64,000 bases of DNA from the NCBI GenBank assembly GCA_024280835.1, contig JAJRPJ010000006.1, positions 149,656 to 213,655 on the forward strand, written 5' to 3'. Source of the DNA: Candidatus Zixiibacteriota bacterium. GTDB lineage: Bacteria > Zixibacteria > MSB-5A5 > GN15 > JACZUZ01. This document shows, piece by piece, positions 10,626 through 20,932 of this stretch. The notes beneath the pieces are model-generated. The model ran no database searches. It saw only the letters and a list, made by a program, of their open reading frames with translations, and was not told where the DNA came from. Numbering within the stretch: position 1 is the stretch's first letter; every line of letters begins with the position of its first letter. Position numbers and translations under genes: made by a program.

Positions 10626-11288
10626 ATGGCAGCGCATTTAAAAAGAGAACTCGGGCGACTTAAGAAAAATATTCTGTCGCTTTCTGCATTAGTAGAAAAG
10701 CAGGTTAATCAGGCGGTGGCGGTTGTTAGTGAGCGCGATGCTGTCATCGCTGAAAAAGTTATTGCCGCAGATGCGGACATTGATCGTTGGGAAGTCGATA
10801 TTGAAGAGGACTGTCTGAAGATCATGGCCTTACATCAGCCAGTAGCAAAAGATTTGCGATTCATTGTTGCGGCTCTAAAAATCAACAATGATCTTGAGCG
10901 TATAGGTGACTTAGCCGCGAATATAGCTAAGCGCGGAAAAAAACTCGCAAACTTACCTGAGTTTCTAGCGCCATTCGATGTCGTTGCAATGGGCGACGTA
11001 GCTCAACGAATGTTACGCAATAGTTTGACGTCTTTGATTGATTTAGATGGCGAAATGGCTCAGGCGGTGATGAATGAAGATGATATTGTCGACGAGATGA
11101 ATCGCGTGGCGTATAGCAATGTCAAGAAGGCAATAAGCGAATATCCAGACCAAATCGATGCTTTGATATATTACTTAGGTGTTGCCCGCCATCTTGAACG
11201 TATTGCAGATCATGCCACAAATATTGCTGAAGATGTGATTTACATGATTAGCGGCGAAATTGTCCGGCACCCCTCCTCTGAACGCTAA
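10626..11288 (+). CDS. phoU: Phosphate signalling complex protein
   Basis: QPVAKDLR, DLERIGD, LERIADHATNIAE. Confidence 0.95.
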   Translation: MAAHLKRELGRLKKNILSLSALVEKQVNQAVAVVSERDAVIAEKVIAADADIDRWEVDIEEDCLKIMALHQPVAKDLRFIVAALKINNDLERIGDLAANIAKRGKKLANLPEFLAPFDVVAMGDVAQRMLRNSLTSLIDLDGEMAQAVMNEDDIVDEMNRVAYSNVKKAISEYPDQIDALIYYLGVARHLERIADHATNIAEDVIYMISGEIVRHPSSER

Positions 11289-11387
11289 AATCAAATTTAT
11301 ACAAATGGTATTATCTCAAACATATTTCTTTGGGATGGACTCGGTTGTGCTTGCCTAAAAAAACTTTGCGACCGATATTAGCCTTGT

Positions 11388-12002
11388 ATGTCTAAAGAAC
11401 AAGAACAAGCGCTGATAGATCGTGCCCGAGGTGGAGATCGTGATGCGTTTTGGGGGCTAGTTGAAAGCTCTGCGCCGATGGCGCTAAGACTTTTGACACG
11501 TTTAACACGCGACAAAGAGCGAGCGGAGGATTTACTAAGTCAGACAGTGTTAAAGGCGGTGGATGGCTTTGAAAAATTTCGTGGTGAGTCTCAGTTTTCA
11601 ACTTGGCTTGTTAGCATTGCCTTGAATCTGGCGCGAAATGAAATTCGCCAGAATAAGACTCGGCAAGAGATTAATTGGGACGATGTTATTCCTGCGGGAG
11701 CGCATAATCATGGCTCCGCTGAAGCGGAGTTGATTGAATGGCAGGATCCCCATGAAGTCTTCGCGCAGAAGGAGTTGCGTGAATTACTCGATGATGCGCT
11801 GGCTGAATTGCCGGTGAAATATCGGACAGTGTTCTTGCTTAGAGATGTCGAGGGATTCTCCACAAGAGAAACCGCCAAGGCTTTGGGGCTCTCAGAGACT
11901 GCAGTAAAATCTCGCGCGGTGAGAGCTCGATTGGCGTTGAGAAAACATCTCACGCCATATTTTGGACAGAAGGAGGAAAAAGCTCATGGCTCAGGATTGT
12001 AA
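11388..12002 (+). CDS. ECF RNA polymerase sigma factor
   Basis: Region 2 AEDL..Q...FRGESQFSTWL; region 4 LPVKYRTVFLLRDVEGFS..E.A..LG...TAVKSR. Confidence 0.92.
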   Translation: MSKEQEQALIDRARGGDRDAFWGLVESSAPMALRLLTRLTRDKERAEDLLSQTVLKAVDGFEKFRGESQFSTWLVSIALNLARNEIRQNKTRQEINWDDVIPAGAHNHGSAEAELIEWQDPHEVFAQKELRELLDDALAELPVKYRTVFLLRDVEGFSTRETAKALGLSETAVKSRAVRARLALRKHLTPYFGQKEEKAHGSGL

Positions 12003-12237
12003 AAGAATGCTCGGAGAGTTATCTGACTATATAGATAATGAACTAGCCGATGAGCTTTGCGAACAACTTGAAGTCCACCTCAAGGATTGTCCGAATTGCC
12101 GTATCATGCTCGATTCATTGACTAAGACTGTCCGTATTTACTGTGAGGACAAAGAGGAACGACTCCCAGAGGCTCTCAGCCAAAAGCTTCGCGCTGCCTG
12201 CGAGAAGAAATGGGATTCCAAGGATTCCAAGAAGTAG
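11986..12237 (+). CDS. Soluble zinc-binding anti-sigma factor (zf-HC2)
   Basis: ATG at 11986 overlaps the end of the sigma gene. C...LSDYIDNEL....HLKDCPNC motif; no TM segment. Confidence 0.85.
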   Translation: MAQDCKRMLGELSDYIDNELADELCEQLEVHLKDCPNCRIMLDSLTKTVRIYCEDKEERLPEALSQKLRAACEKKWDSKDSKK

Positions 12238-12578
12238 TCAGGTTTCTCTTTAGAGTCATGCCCCTCTCAGCTTAACCCACTGTATTGCAACGTATTGCAC
12301 CTCTTGCGCCTGCCGCTTTCTAGTCATTGGATGCAGCATAACTAGAAATATATACAAAGCTTTCACTACTATTGAAATTGGTCTTGAACAAGGGTACAAG
12401 CACTATACTTGTGCGTTGCTCAATTTATGTGGAGATTGTGCCAAAAGAATAATTCAGGAAACAAGGCGCAAGAAATATAGGACAAGAATTATTGCGACCA
12501 AATCAAAGACTGCGGTTCATATATCACATACGGCAGGTGGAAATAGGTAGGCCCTGTCAATTGAAATAGCAAGGGAAG

Positions 12579-14954
12579 ATGAAGATGACAAAGAGCAAGT
12601 TAGTTAGATTTTCAATCAACAATCCGCGATTGATAATGATTGTCGCGTTGCTGATCACAATCGGTTTTGCAATTCAAATTCCCAATGCGATAATCGACAC
12701 TGATCCTGAAAATATGCTTGATGCCAATGAGCCAGTGCGCTTGACGCATACTCGCATCAAAGATGAATTCAATCTCTCTGACTTTTTGGTCGTTGGGTTT
12801 AACGATGATGAAAAGCCAATTCTGACTCCTGAGTTTGATGAGAAACTCAGTGTCTTGGTTGAGTTGATTTCTGAATATGAGGGTGTTGTAGTCGACGATA
12901 TTATGGCCCCATCCACTGTCGATGAGATCTATCAGAACGCAGAGGGCGCATTAGTTGTTGATCGACTAAACAAACCGCGTAAGAACATTGATGGTCCTTA
13001 ACCAACACTTGCCCAAAAGATATCAGAAAATCCGATACTAGCTGGAAAATTGGCATCGGCAGAGGGCATGACAGTTGCGCTCTATATTCCTCTGGAAGAG
13101 AAGAGCTATGCGCATGCCGTCTCAGAAGCTATCAAGGCTGACATTGACTCACTAGGTGGGTTTCCGACACCTCATATTGCTGGCCTGCCAGTCGCTGAGG
13201 ATACGTTCGGTCAGGAAATGTTTGTGCAGATGGGAATCAGCGCCCCGATGGCGGGAGGTTTGATTTTTCTGCTTCTATTGTTGTTCTTCCGCAAACTCAA
13301 GGTTGTATTAGCCCCAATGATTGTGGCGATGATGTCTGTTATTTGGACGATGGGATTGCTAGTTTCTATGGGTTTTACTTTGCATATCATGAGTTCAATG
13401 ATCGCGATATTCCTGATGCCAATTGCTGTGCTAGATTCGGTGCACATACTTTCCGAATTTCATGACAGGTATCAGGAGACAAGAGACCAACGCAAAGCTA
13501 TTACGGCAACGATGGATGATCTCTACGGTCCAATGTTATTCACTTCACTGACGACATTAGTTGGTTTTGCCTCGTTGATGATGGCGGATATTCCACCAGT
13601 GAAAGTCTTTGGTGGCTTTGTTGCCTTTGGTGTGGTAGTGGCTTGGGTACTTTCGATGACTTTCAATCCCGCTTACGCAGTTTTGATTTCAAAGAAGTCC
13701 TTGGAGAACTTCGGGGTTCAAGGTGATGAAGAGACTCTCCTAGCGAAGTGGTTACCGCGACTTGGTGCCTGGACATTGCGCAGAAGGGGTCCAATTGTTG
13801 TAGTGGCGGCAGTTCTATTAGGTGTGGCCGGGGTTGGAATTAGCAAGATCGTCGTCAATGATAATCCGATTCGCTGGTTCAAGTATGATCACCCATTGCG
13901 TGTCGCCGAGCGCACATTGAAGAAGCACCTTGCTGGAACGTACATGACCTATCTAGAATTTGACGCCACCGATACTGAAAGTGGTTCAGTCAAAAACGCA
14001 GAGACTTTGAAGTACATGCAGAAAATGCAAGACCACCTAGATTCAATTCCGAATGTCGGTTCAACTACTGGTGTTACTGATATCATCAAGAAAGTACGTT
14101 TTGAACTTCATAGTCAAGACAGCGCCAAGTATGCGATTCCAGACAGTCCAGAAGAAATTGCGCAGGAGCTGTTTATCTATGAAATTTCTGGTGGTGATCC
14201 TGAGGACTTGTACAAGTTGATCACACCCGAAGGCGACAAAGCGTTGATGTGGATACAACTGCGTGAGGGTGATAATCGTGCGGTGTCTAGTGTTATTGGC
14301 GCTGCTGATGAGTTCGTGGTGGACAATCCTGCGCCAGCGGGAATGAGTTTCGCATGGGCGGGGTTGAGCTATATCAACATCGTTTGGCAGGATAAAATCG
14401 TCAATGGTATGCTTGAAGCTTTGATTGGTTCGTTTATCATTGTGGCTTTGATGATGATTTTCCTGCTACGCTCAGCGTGGTTGGGTTTGATTTCCATGAT
14501 TCCGCTCTCGGTGACGATTGCTCTAGTCTATGGCGCAGTTGGTTTTTCTGGTAAACAATATGACATGCCGATTGCAGTGCTATCATCATTGACACTGGGA
14601 TTGTCAGTTGATTTTGCGATTCACTTTCTAAAACGTGGTCAAGATATATACAAACAATTGGGTAGTGCGCAGGCGACACTCAAGGAGCTATTCGGTGAAC
14701 CGTCACGCGCTATTGCTCGCAATATTGTTATCATTGCTCTTGGATTCACACCGCTGTTGACTTCAAGTTTGGTTCCATACATCACAGTCGGTTCGTTCTT
14801 CCTAGCGATCATGGGACTCTCAGGGGTCGGCGCTTTGATTATCTTGCCAGCGTTGGTTGGACTACGTGGTGAGAAAGCCTTCCAAACTTGGGGCCACAAG
14901 AAGAGAGCTCTTGCTAGTAACACTTCTATCGAACAAAATACTTTGCAGTCATAG
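12579..14954 (+). pseudogene. MMPL/RND-family transporter interrupted by one in-frame TAA (12999-13001)
   Basis: ORFs 12579-13001 and 13050-14954 are in the same frame. Read-through gives about 791 aa with DTDPENML, AVLDSVHILSEF and GLSVDFAIHF. Could be a real nonsense mutation or a sequence error. Confidence 0.75.
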
Positions 14955-14984
14955 ATTGTCTGTCATAGAATAAAAGGAGATATA

Positions 14985-15824
14985 ATGATGACTCGAAAAA
15001 CAATGATGAAACGGAATATGATGATAGGGTTGCTGGTGATTGTCTCGGCTTCCTTCCTGGCTGGATTCTCACGAGTAAGCGCCTCAGAAACCGACACCAC
15101 AGCGCGCGAGTTACTTGACTCTGTTCACAAGACGTACTACTACGCCGCTGAAGGCGGTAAAGCACATGTCAAGATGACGCTGACCGACAAAAAGGGAAGG
15201 ACTCGCGTGCGCGAGTTTTGGATGTTGCGCACGGACATTGAGGACATGGGTGATCAAAATTACTATGTCTACTTTACGAAACCATCAGATATACGACGCA
15301 CAACTGTGCTGACACTCAAACACGCCAGCGGTGATGATGATCGTTGGTTGTATATCCCATCTGTGGATTTGGTGAAACGTATTGCTTCTGATAATAAACA
15401 GGAAGCCTTTGTTGGCTCAGATTTTACCTATGAAGATGTTTCGGGACGTTTGCCGTTGTTGGATGAGCATGAATTTCTTGCCGATGAAGAATACAACGGC
15501 AAGACTATGAAAGTTGTTAAATCAACTCCAATCAACACCAAGAAGTCTGGGTATGCCTATCGAAAAACTTGGGTTGATCCTGACTACACACTACCTGTCA
15601 GAGAAGAATATTATAGCTCCAAAGACAAATTGATTCGCGTCTTTACGATCGATAAGATCGAAGAGATTGAAGGTATTCAAACTGCTGTGACACGCACAAT
15701 AAAAAATCTCAAGAAGAATCATGCCACGACCATTGAGTTCAATGACGTGACATTCAAAGTTGAACTAAAACCAAAAGATTACAAAGAGCGTCTACTCAAA
15801 AACCCACCTCGTTCACTACGCTAG
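14985..15824 (+). CDS. LolA-like outer-membrane lipoprotein-sorting protein
   Basis: FTKPSDI, DDRWLYIPSVDLVKRIA, FVGSDFTYEDV; typical partner of MMPL genes. Confidence 0.85.
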   Translation: MMTRKTMMKRNMMIGLLVIVSASFLAGFSRVSASETDTTARELLDSVHKTYYYAAEGGKAHVKMTLTDKKGRTRVREFWMLRTDIEDMGDQNYYVYFTKPSDIRRTTVLTLKHASGDDDRWLYIPSVDLVKRIASDNKQEAFVGSDFTYEDVSGRLPLLDEHEFLADEEYNGKTMKVVKSTPINTKKSGYAYRKTWVDPDYTLPVREEYYSSKDKLIRVFTIDKIEEIEGIQTAVTRTIKNLKKNHATTIEFNDVTFKVELKPKDYKERLLKNPPRSLR

Positions 15825-15852
15825 GTCGAGGCGCCAAGCAGAGAAACTGACG

Positions 15853-17136
15853 ATGAAAAGTTATATGAGAAAATACAAAGCGACGCTGGCTGTGGCGACG
15901 ATAGTAGCGCTTGGGGCTTCAACTGCCCCAGCCGAGGTCTACCTTGGCGGCTTTACTGAAGTGACACATGCCCTGCGTGTAGAGAGCAATAATGCCCTTG
16001 ATGGGGGATTGACTCTTCAGAATCGCGACTATCCTCGTGGCGATGTTCGTGCGCAATTGCGTCTTTCTGGGTCGGGGGAGCGCGATGAGTATTTCATCCG
16101 TATGGATTTTCTTTCAGACTATGCGCTAAACAAGGATGTAGCTGTGGAAATACGTGAGGCGTATCTGAAGCTCTATGTTGCTAGTTGGTTGGATGTTAAA
16201 GTCGGTCGTCAGGTGGCAACTTGGGGTACCGGTGATTTGGTCTTCGTCAATGACTTATTTGCAAAAGACTGGGTGGCATTTTTCACAGGGCAAGAACTCT
16301 CATACTTGAAACGCCCACAAGACTTAGCGCGACTGTCATTCTACAAAGGCGGCACAACTTTTGAATTTCTCATCTCGCCGAATTACACTATGGACAATCT
16401 TCCAACTGGTGAGCGGTTTTCAATTTTCAATCCGTTTTCGAACCGCACAGTTGGGCTTGCTGACGCAGCGCCTGTAATCGAGCCAGCCAAGACGCTCGGC
16501 AATGCTGAAATCTTTGCTCGCATCTCGGGCTATCTTGGTTCAGCAGAATGGGCCCTCTATGGTTATCGTGGATTCTATGGGCAGCCACTCGGCGCAACTG
16601 CTGATAGTATGCTCTTCGCTCCACGCATGTCATCGGTTGGAGTTTCTTTACGGACATCGCTGCGCGGTGTTTTAGTCAACGCCGAGGGCGCCATTTACAA
16701 TAGCGAAGAAGACAGCCAAGGTACGAATCCCTTAATTCCAAACACATCAATCAGAACTCTAATCGGCGCAGAAAAAAGCTTGGGCAATGATCTGTCGGTC
16801 TCTGCGCAGTGGATTGGCGAATTGACAACAGACTATGAGGCCTTTGCCGCGCCGTTTATCAGTAATGGGGCGCTAGCCCCAGACGAAGTGCGTCACACTG
16901 CGACTTTGCGTTTGAGCAAGTTGCTTTGGTATCAAACGCTTCGATTGAGTTTCTTTGGATTTTGGGGAATCAGTGATGAGGACTACTATTTACGACTGTC
17001 AGTTGAGTACACTTTTTCCGATGATGTAAAAATCATCGCTGGCGCCAATTGGTTGGGCGGGAAACAAGTCAATACGATATTTGGCCAATTTCAAGACAAT
17101 AGCAACTTATACGTCCGCTTGCGACGTAGCTTTTGA
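15853..17136 (+). CDS. Outer-membrane beta-barrel protein (DUF1302-like)
   Basis: Signal peptide; IREAY...GRQVATWGTGD..FVND; C-terminal aromatic residue (RRSF). Confidence 0.7.
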   Translation: MKSYMRKYKATLAVATIVALGASTAPAEVYLGGFTEVTHALRVESNNALDGGLTLQNRDYPRGDVRAQLRLSGSGERDEYFIRMDFLSDYALNKDVAVEIREAYLKLYVASWLDVKVGRQVATWGTGDLVFVNDLFAKDWVAFFTGQELSYLKRPQDLARLSFYKGGTTFEFLISPNYTMDNLPTGERFSIFNPFSNRTVGLADAAPVIEPAKTLGNAEIFARISGYLGSAEWALYGYRGFYGQPLGATADSMLFAPRMSSVGVSLRTSLRGVLVNAEGAIYNSEEDSQGTNPLIPNTSIRTLIGAEKSLGNDLSVSAQWIGELTTDYEAFAAPFISNGALAPDEVRHTATLRLSKLLWYQTLRLSFFGFWGISDEDYYLRLSVEYTFSDDVKIIAGANWLGGKQVNTIFGQFQDNSNLYVRLRRSF

Positions 17137-17205
17137 TGTGAATAAGAGATGCAATGATGTTTAACTAATTGTTGTTTGGTGATTTGTAAAAAAAGGGGCT
17201 TGGTT

Positions 17206-17421
17206 ATGACAAGAGAACGTATGATACGAGTGATAGCGGGAGCGTTCCTGCTGGTCTCATTAGCTCTGGGACATTGGGTAAATGAACTGTGGTACTTGTT
17301 CACTGCTTTTGTTGGTTTAAATCTGTTTCAGTCTGGTTTTAGTGGTTGGTGTTTGATGGATGATTTCTTGCGAAAGCTTGGGGTTAGTTCTTCAGCGCAG
17401 ACCGCTTCCAAATCGCATTAG
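17206..17421 (+). CDS. DUF2892 (YgaP-like) small membrane protein
   Basis: ERMIRVIAG...FVGLNLFQSGFSGWC signature; ATG at 17206. Confidence 0.85.
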   Translation: MTRERMIRVIAGAFLLVSLALGHWVNELWYLFTAFVGLNLFQSGFSGWCLMDDFLRKLGVSSSAQTASKSH

Positions 17422-17448
17422 TTATCTTTGTGTTTTAATAGAAACAAG

Positions 17449-17498
17449 AAACTCCCCCGAAAAGCATCAATAATCTGAAGCGCTATTCGAGGGAGTTT
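17449..17498. terminator. Hairpin between convergent operons, probably a bidirectional terminator
   Basis: Imperfect stem aaactccc...gggagttt flanked by A and T runs. Confidence 0.6.
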
Positions 17499-17520
17499 AT
17501 TTGCTTACTTACCAATCAAC

Positions 17521-18324
17521 TTACTTTTTCTTCTTTTTTGATTTGCCCTTAATAACAAAATCCAATTGTGAATTCTCTCCGTCGGAGATTGTAACCTCTT
17601 TGGTCATTGTTCCGAGCGCTTCATGCCAAGCGGTGACTGTGTATGTGCCAGGAGGAATATCATCAATTGAGAACTCACCTTTTTTGTTCGTCACAGAGTA
17701 ATAAGGACTATTATGCAACAGGACGATATCAGCTGACATCCAATCATGAACATCGCAATTGACCTTGATAACTCCAGGAGCTGAAAGCTTTTGTGTGATT
17801 TCATGCTGCGTGCCAAGTTGCGGCACATTGAAAACAGTTGAGTCACCTAGATATGTGTGTACATTGTGAAAAATACCATCGTCATTTACTAGTTTCAAAT
17901 CCACACCCTCGGGACCAACCTCTGCCACTTGGAAATGTGGAACGTAGACACAGCCCTTTTGCTGTAAAGTAATAGATTCGGATATGTGTGGCGCTTTGCC
18001 AGCTGTGATACCTTTGATTGTCACTAGCACATTCTTGAGACCCTTGTTTTCCTTGGAGACCAAGAATTTTTCGGCGCGTTTGATTGTTCCGCAGGTTTCA
18101 TTGTCTTTGCTGATGCGTATTTTCTTGCGCTTCGGATATTTGCTATCGAACCGCACAACGCCCGTCATCGAACCGCCGTCATCGACCGTAGTCACTTCAT
18201 AATCGCTATCACCAGCGGTAACAGCTATTGGTGTGAATGCTCCGACACCGATTAGCGCTACGAGGGCTAGTATTGCCGTGACTTTGATCGATAGCCTGTC
18301 TTTGATTGTTTCCATGATAGTCAT
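17521..18324 (-). CDS. Periplasmic protein with a cupredoxin-like core and a carboxypeptidase-regulatory-like domain
   Basis: Signal peptide; QKGCVYVPH, HNVH, CDVHDWM; C-terminal GEFSIDDIPPGTYTVTAWHE. Confidence 0.7.
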   Translation of the reverse strand: MTIMETIKDRLSIKVTAILALVALIGVGAFTPIAVTAGDSDYEVTTVDDGGSMTGVVRFDSKYPKRKKIRISKDNETCGTIKRAEKFLVSKENKGLKNVLVTIKGITAGKAPHISESITLQQKGCVYVPHFQVAEVGPEGVDLKLVNDDGIFHNVHTYLGDSTVFNVPQLGTQHEITQKLSAPGVIKVNCDVHDWMSADIVLLHNSPYYSVTNKKGEFSIDDIPPGTYTVTAWHEALGTMTKEVTISDGENSQLDFVIKGKSKKKKK

Positions 18325-18440
18325 TTCTCTACCTCATAATATAGGACTTAATTGTTGCTCTTACCATTTGGCGCTCAACTCTTTTCATAAACAATACATA
18401 TTGTACTGACTTATGCAATTACTTTTTATCCAGTTACGGT

Positions 18441-19490
18441 TTATTCAAACTCCCACATAGCGCTTTCTGGGACGATACTCTCCAAATATGAGAGCAAATC
18501 CTCTAGTTCACTGTCGGTGAGCGCGGCCTTCCATGAAGGACAAGAAAAAGGTGGAGTCACCCCAGCGGGGTCAATTTTCGTGGCAGTTTTGCCATTGAGA
18601 ATAATGTCCTTCAAGACATCTTCATCTAGATCAAGAAACGCGCTGCTGATGTCGGGCGTCAAGCCATCTGGCTGAGCATTTTCGTTTTTGACTCCGCCTG
18701 TGAGGCCTTCACCATGACAACTCCAACAAGCGACTCGTTCGGCGACGAGTCGACCACGTTCACGCGGTCGGGCATCGAGAATAAATGAGGTCATGCTTTC
18801 CCATTTACGCGCCTGATCGTTGGCTTGTCCTTGTTGTGAATGTAGGAAGGCTGTTAGCGCATCTATCTCTGCGGAGGAAAAGTGAAAATTCGGCATAAAT
18901 GTGCCAGGCTTATAAGCCGAAGGATCTGCCAGCCATGTAGCCTCCCACTCTTGCGACTTTCTATTTCCAACCCAAGTCAAGTTTGGTCCGACAAAGCGAC
19001 CTTGATCGCCAATTCGATGACAGGCAAGACAATCATAAGCCTCAAAGAGAGCAGCGCCCGCCATAATCGGATCTGAATTCGCCGACAGGATTTCCTCACT
19101 ATTGACAGGTCGTTTCAACTTTGTCATATGCTTCATGAGGTCATCAAGTTCTGCTTCCGAGAAAGCGAAGTTTGGCATTTTGGTGCCTGGTTTTAGTGAA
19201 TTAGGATCACTAAACCAAGTTCGTAACCATTCCTCAGTGCGGCGGTTTGAAATGAGGTTCAAAATCGGTCCGACTGTGCCGCCAGACTCGCCAATAGTGT
19301 GGCACGTCACACAGTTTTTTTGTTTCACTATTTCGCTACCTGCAAACTCTTTCGCGGCTTTCATGTGCGCAGAGTTCTCTGGCTCTCCAGCAAATGACTG
19401 TTGGAGAAGCCCTGATGACAATACCGCTAGAAGCATAGTAAAAGTTAATCGTAGCGCTACATTTGTTCGATAGGTTTTGTTTTTTGCCAC
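18441..19490 (-). CDS. Triheme c-type cytochrome (repeated class I domains)
   Basis: CVTCH, CLACH, CWSCH; duplicated VGP.L...DP...KPGT.MPNF segment. Confidence 0.85.
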   Translation of the reverse strand: MAKNKTYRTNVALRLTFTMLLAVLSSGLLQQSFAGEPENSAHMKAAKEFAGSEIVKQKNCVTCHTIGESGGTVGPILNLISNRRTEEWLRTWFSDPNSLKPGTKMPNFAFSEAELDDLMKHMTKLKRPVNSEEILSANSDPIMAGAALFEAYDCLACHRIGDQGRFVGPNLTWVGNRKSQEWEATWLADPSAYKPGTFMPNFHFSSAEIDALTAFLHSQQGQANDQARKWESMTSFILDARPRERGRLVAERVACWSCHGEGLTGGVKNENAQPDGLTPDISSAFLDLDEDVLKDIILNGKTATKIDPAGVTPPFSCPSWKAALTDSELEDLLSYLESIVPESAMWEFE

Positions 19491-19691
19491 GCCCTAATTC
19501 CTTCTGGTTAATAATTGCTCTTCTGGCCACCGCTGGGAGACAAGATAGTCATTGCTAGCTATGTCTTATATCTCCGAGATTTCTTTGTGAGTTAGGTGAC
19601 TCATTGTTAAGAACAATGATATTGCGTTTTTGTTTCTGAGTTCAAAAAAAACACTACGAAAAGTTCATCAAAACAATAACTAACAATTAGT

Positions 19692-19726
19692 AAAAAAGGC
19701 GACTCGGAAATGATTTCCGAATCGCC
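19692..19726 (-). terminator. Rho-independent terminator after the tandem monoheme cytochrome genes
   Basis: Stem ggcgactcggaaa-tga-tttccgaatcgcc preceded by A6 on the + strand (U tract on the - strand). Confidence 0.75.
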
Positions 19727-19773
19727 CTAGTTATCTCGAGCAGAATTATGCTCTTACTATCGCATTGCCTGAT

Positions 19774-20346
19774 TTATTTTTCAGATCCAGCAACTTGAAT
19801 TTCATCACCATTGCTAAATGAAGAGACATAGGTCGCCAAATAGAACGACTCAGGACTATTCAAAGGTAGGCGTTTGCCAGCTAGGAACATGCGAATACAA
19901 TTGTTATCCATTTGCGCCAAAGTTATGACTTCATCATTCGGAATTTTGAATTTTGGAAATCTGGCTGAAGCGCCAACCAAGCTTGGAATCGGCAGGGCAT
20001 ATGGTCCATGCCCCATCTTCTTAGCGATTTGAGCCTCACCGCCAGTTGTACCACCACCTGGATGACAGGAGTTACAGGACTGACCGTTGGAGCCGAGCTC
20101 TGTGTCATTGTATAATTCTTTGCCGAGACGCATGACTTCGGCTTGTTTGGCCATCGCCCGTTTCTTGGTGGCTCCCATATCGGACATGGCTTTGTCTATA
20201 TTCTCTAGCGCCACATCCATTTTTCCCTCTTGCTTGGCGCCAAACTCATCGGCCTTGTAACGCGAGGTTGTTCCACAGCCGACTGTCAGCGCTACTGTCG
20301 AGAGCATGATAGCCGAGAGGATAGTTATTTTGTTTGATAGTTTCAT
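19774..20346 (-). CDS. Monoheme cytochrome c lipoprotein, TsdA/SoxA-like domain (paralog 2)
   Basis: Lipobox LTVGC; CNSCH; FPKFK...VITLAQMDNNCIRMF. Likely start is ATG 20346. Confidence 0.7.
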   Translation of the reverse strand: MKLSNKITILSAIMLSTVALTVGCGTTSRYKADEFGAKQEGKMDVALENIDKAMSDMGATKKRAMAKQAEVMRLGKELYNDTELGSNGQSCNSCHPGGGTTGGEAQIAKKMGHGPYALPIPSLVGASARFPKFKIPNDEVITLAQMDNNCIRMFLAGKRLPLNSPESFYLATYVSSFSNGDEIQVAGSEK

Positions 20347-20368
20347 TTTATCTAGACCTTCACCCTGT

Positions 20369-20932
20369 TTAGTTACCTGATTCTGCCATTTGTCCGCCGA
20401 CTGAAACTTCTTCACCATTGCTCAGAGAAGCGACAAACTTTTCGAGATCCCATGCGTCAGTGGAGTTCATCTCCAAGCCACTACCGCCCATGAACATCTT
20501 GTTGCAGTTATTGTTCATTTGCTGAAGTGTAATGACTTCATCGTTCGGGATTTTGTATTTCGGGAATGTGCCCGAAGCGCCAATCAAAGTAGGAATTGGC
20601 ATTTTGAATTTACGCATAGGAATCTGCGCTTCGCCACCAGTTGTGCCTCCACCTGGATGACAGGAATTACAAGAAAGGCCCATCTTAGCGCCACCAAGTT
20701 CGGCGTCACTAAACATTTCTTTGCCATGCTCCCATGAAGCGCGCTCTTTAGCAGCGGCATATTGCTTCATTTCATCTGGCGACATGTCAAAAACTTTGTC
20801 CATGTTTTTCATGGCGCTCATTTTGTCGCCCATGCCCATCATCGGAGCCATCATGCTCCCCATCATTGAGCATGATGTCACTGTGAATAAAAGGATAACT
20901 CCGCCGATTACGGCGCTTGCACGGTGTGTCAT
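20369..20932 (-). CDS. Monoheme cytochrome c lipoprotein, TsdA/SoxA-like domain, Met-rich N-terminus (paralog 1)
   Basis: Lipobox VTSC; CNSCH; FPKYK...VITLQQMNNNCNKMF. Confidence 0.7.
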   Translation of the reverse strand: MTHRASAVIGGVILLFTVTSCSMMGSMMAPMMGMGDKMSAMKNMDKVFDMSPDEMKQYAAAKERASWEHGKEMFSDAELGGAKMGLSCNSCHPGGGTTGGEAQIPMRKFKMPIPTLIGASGTFPKYKIPNDEVITLQQMNNNCNKMFMGGSGLEMNSTDAWDLEKFVASLSNGEEVSVGGQMAESGN

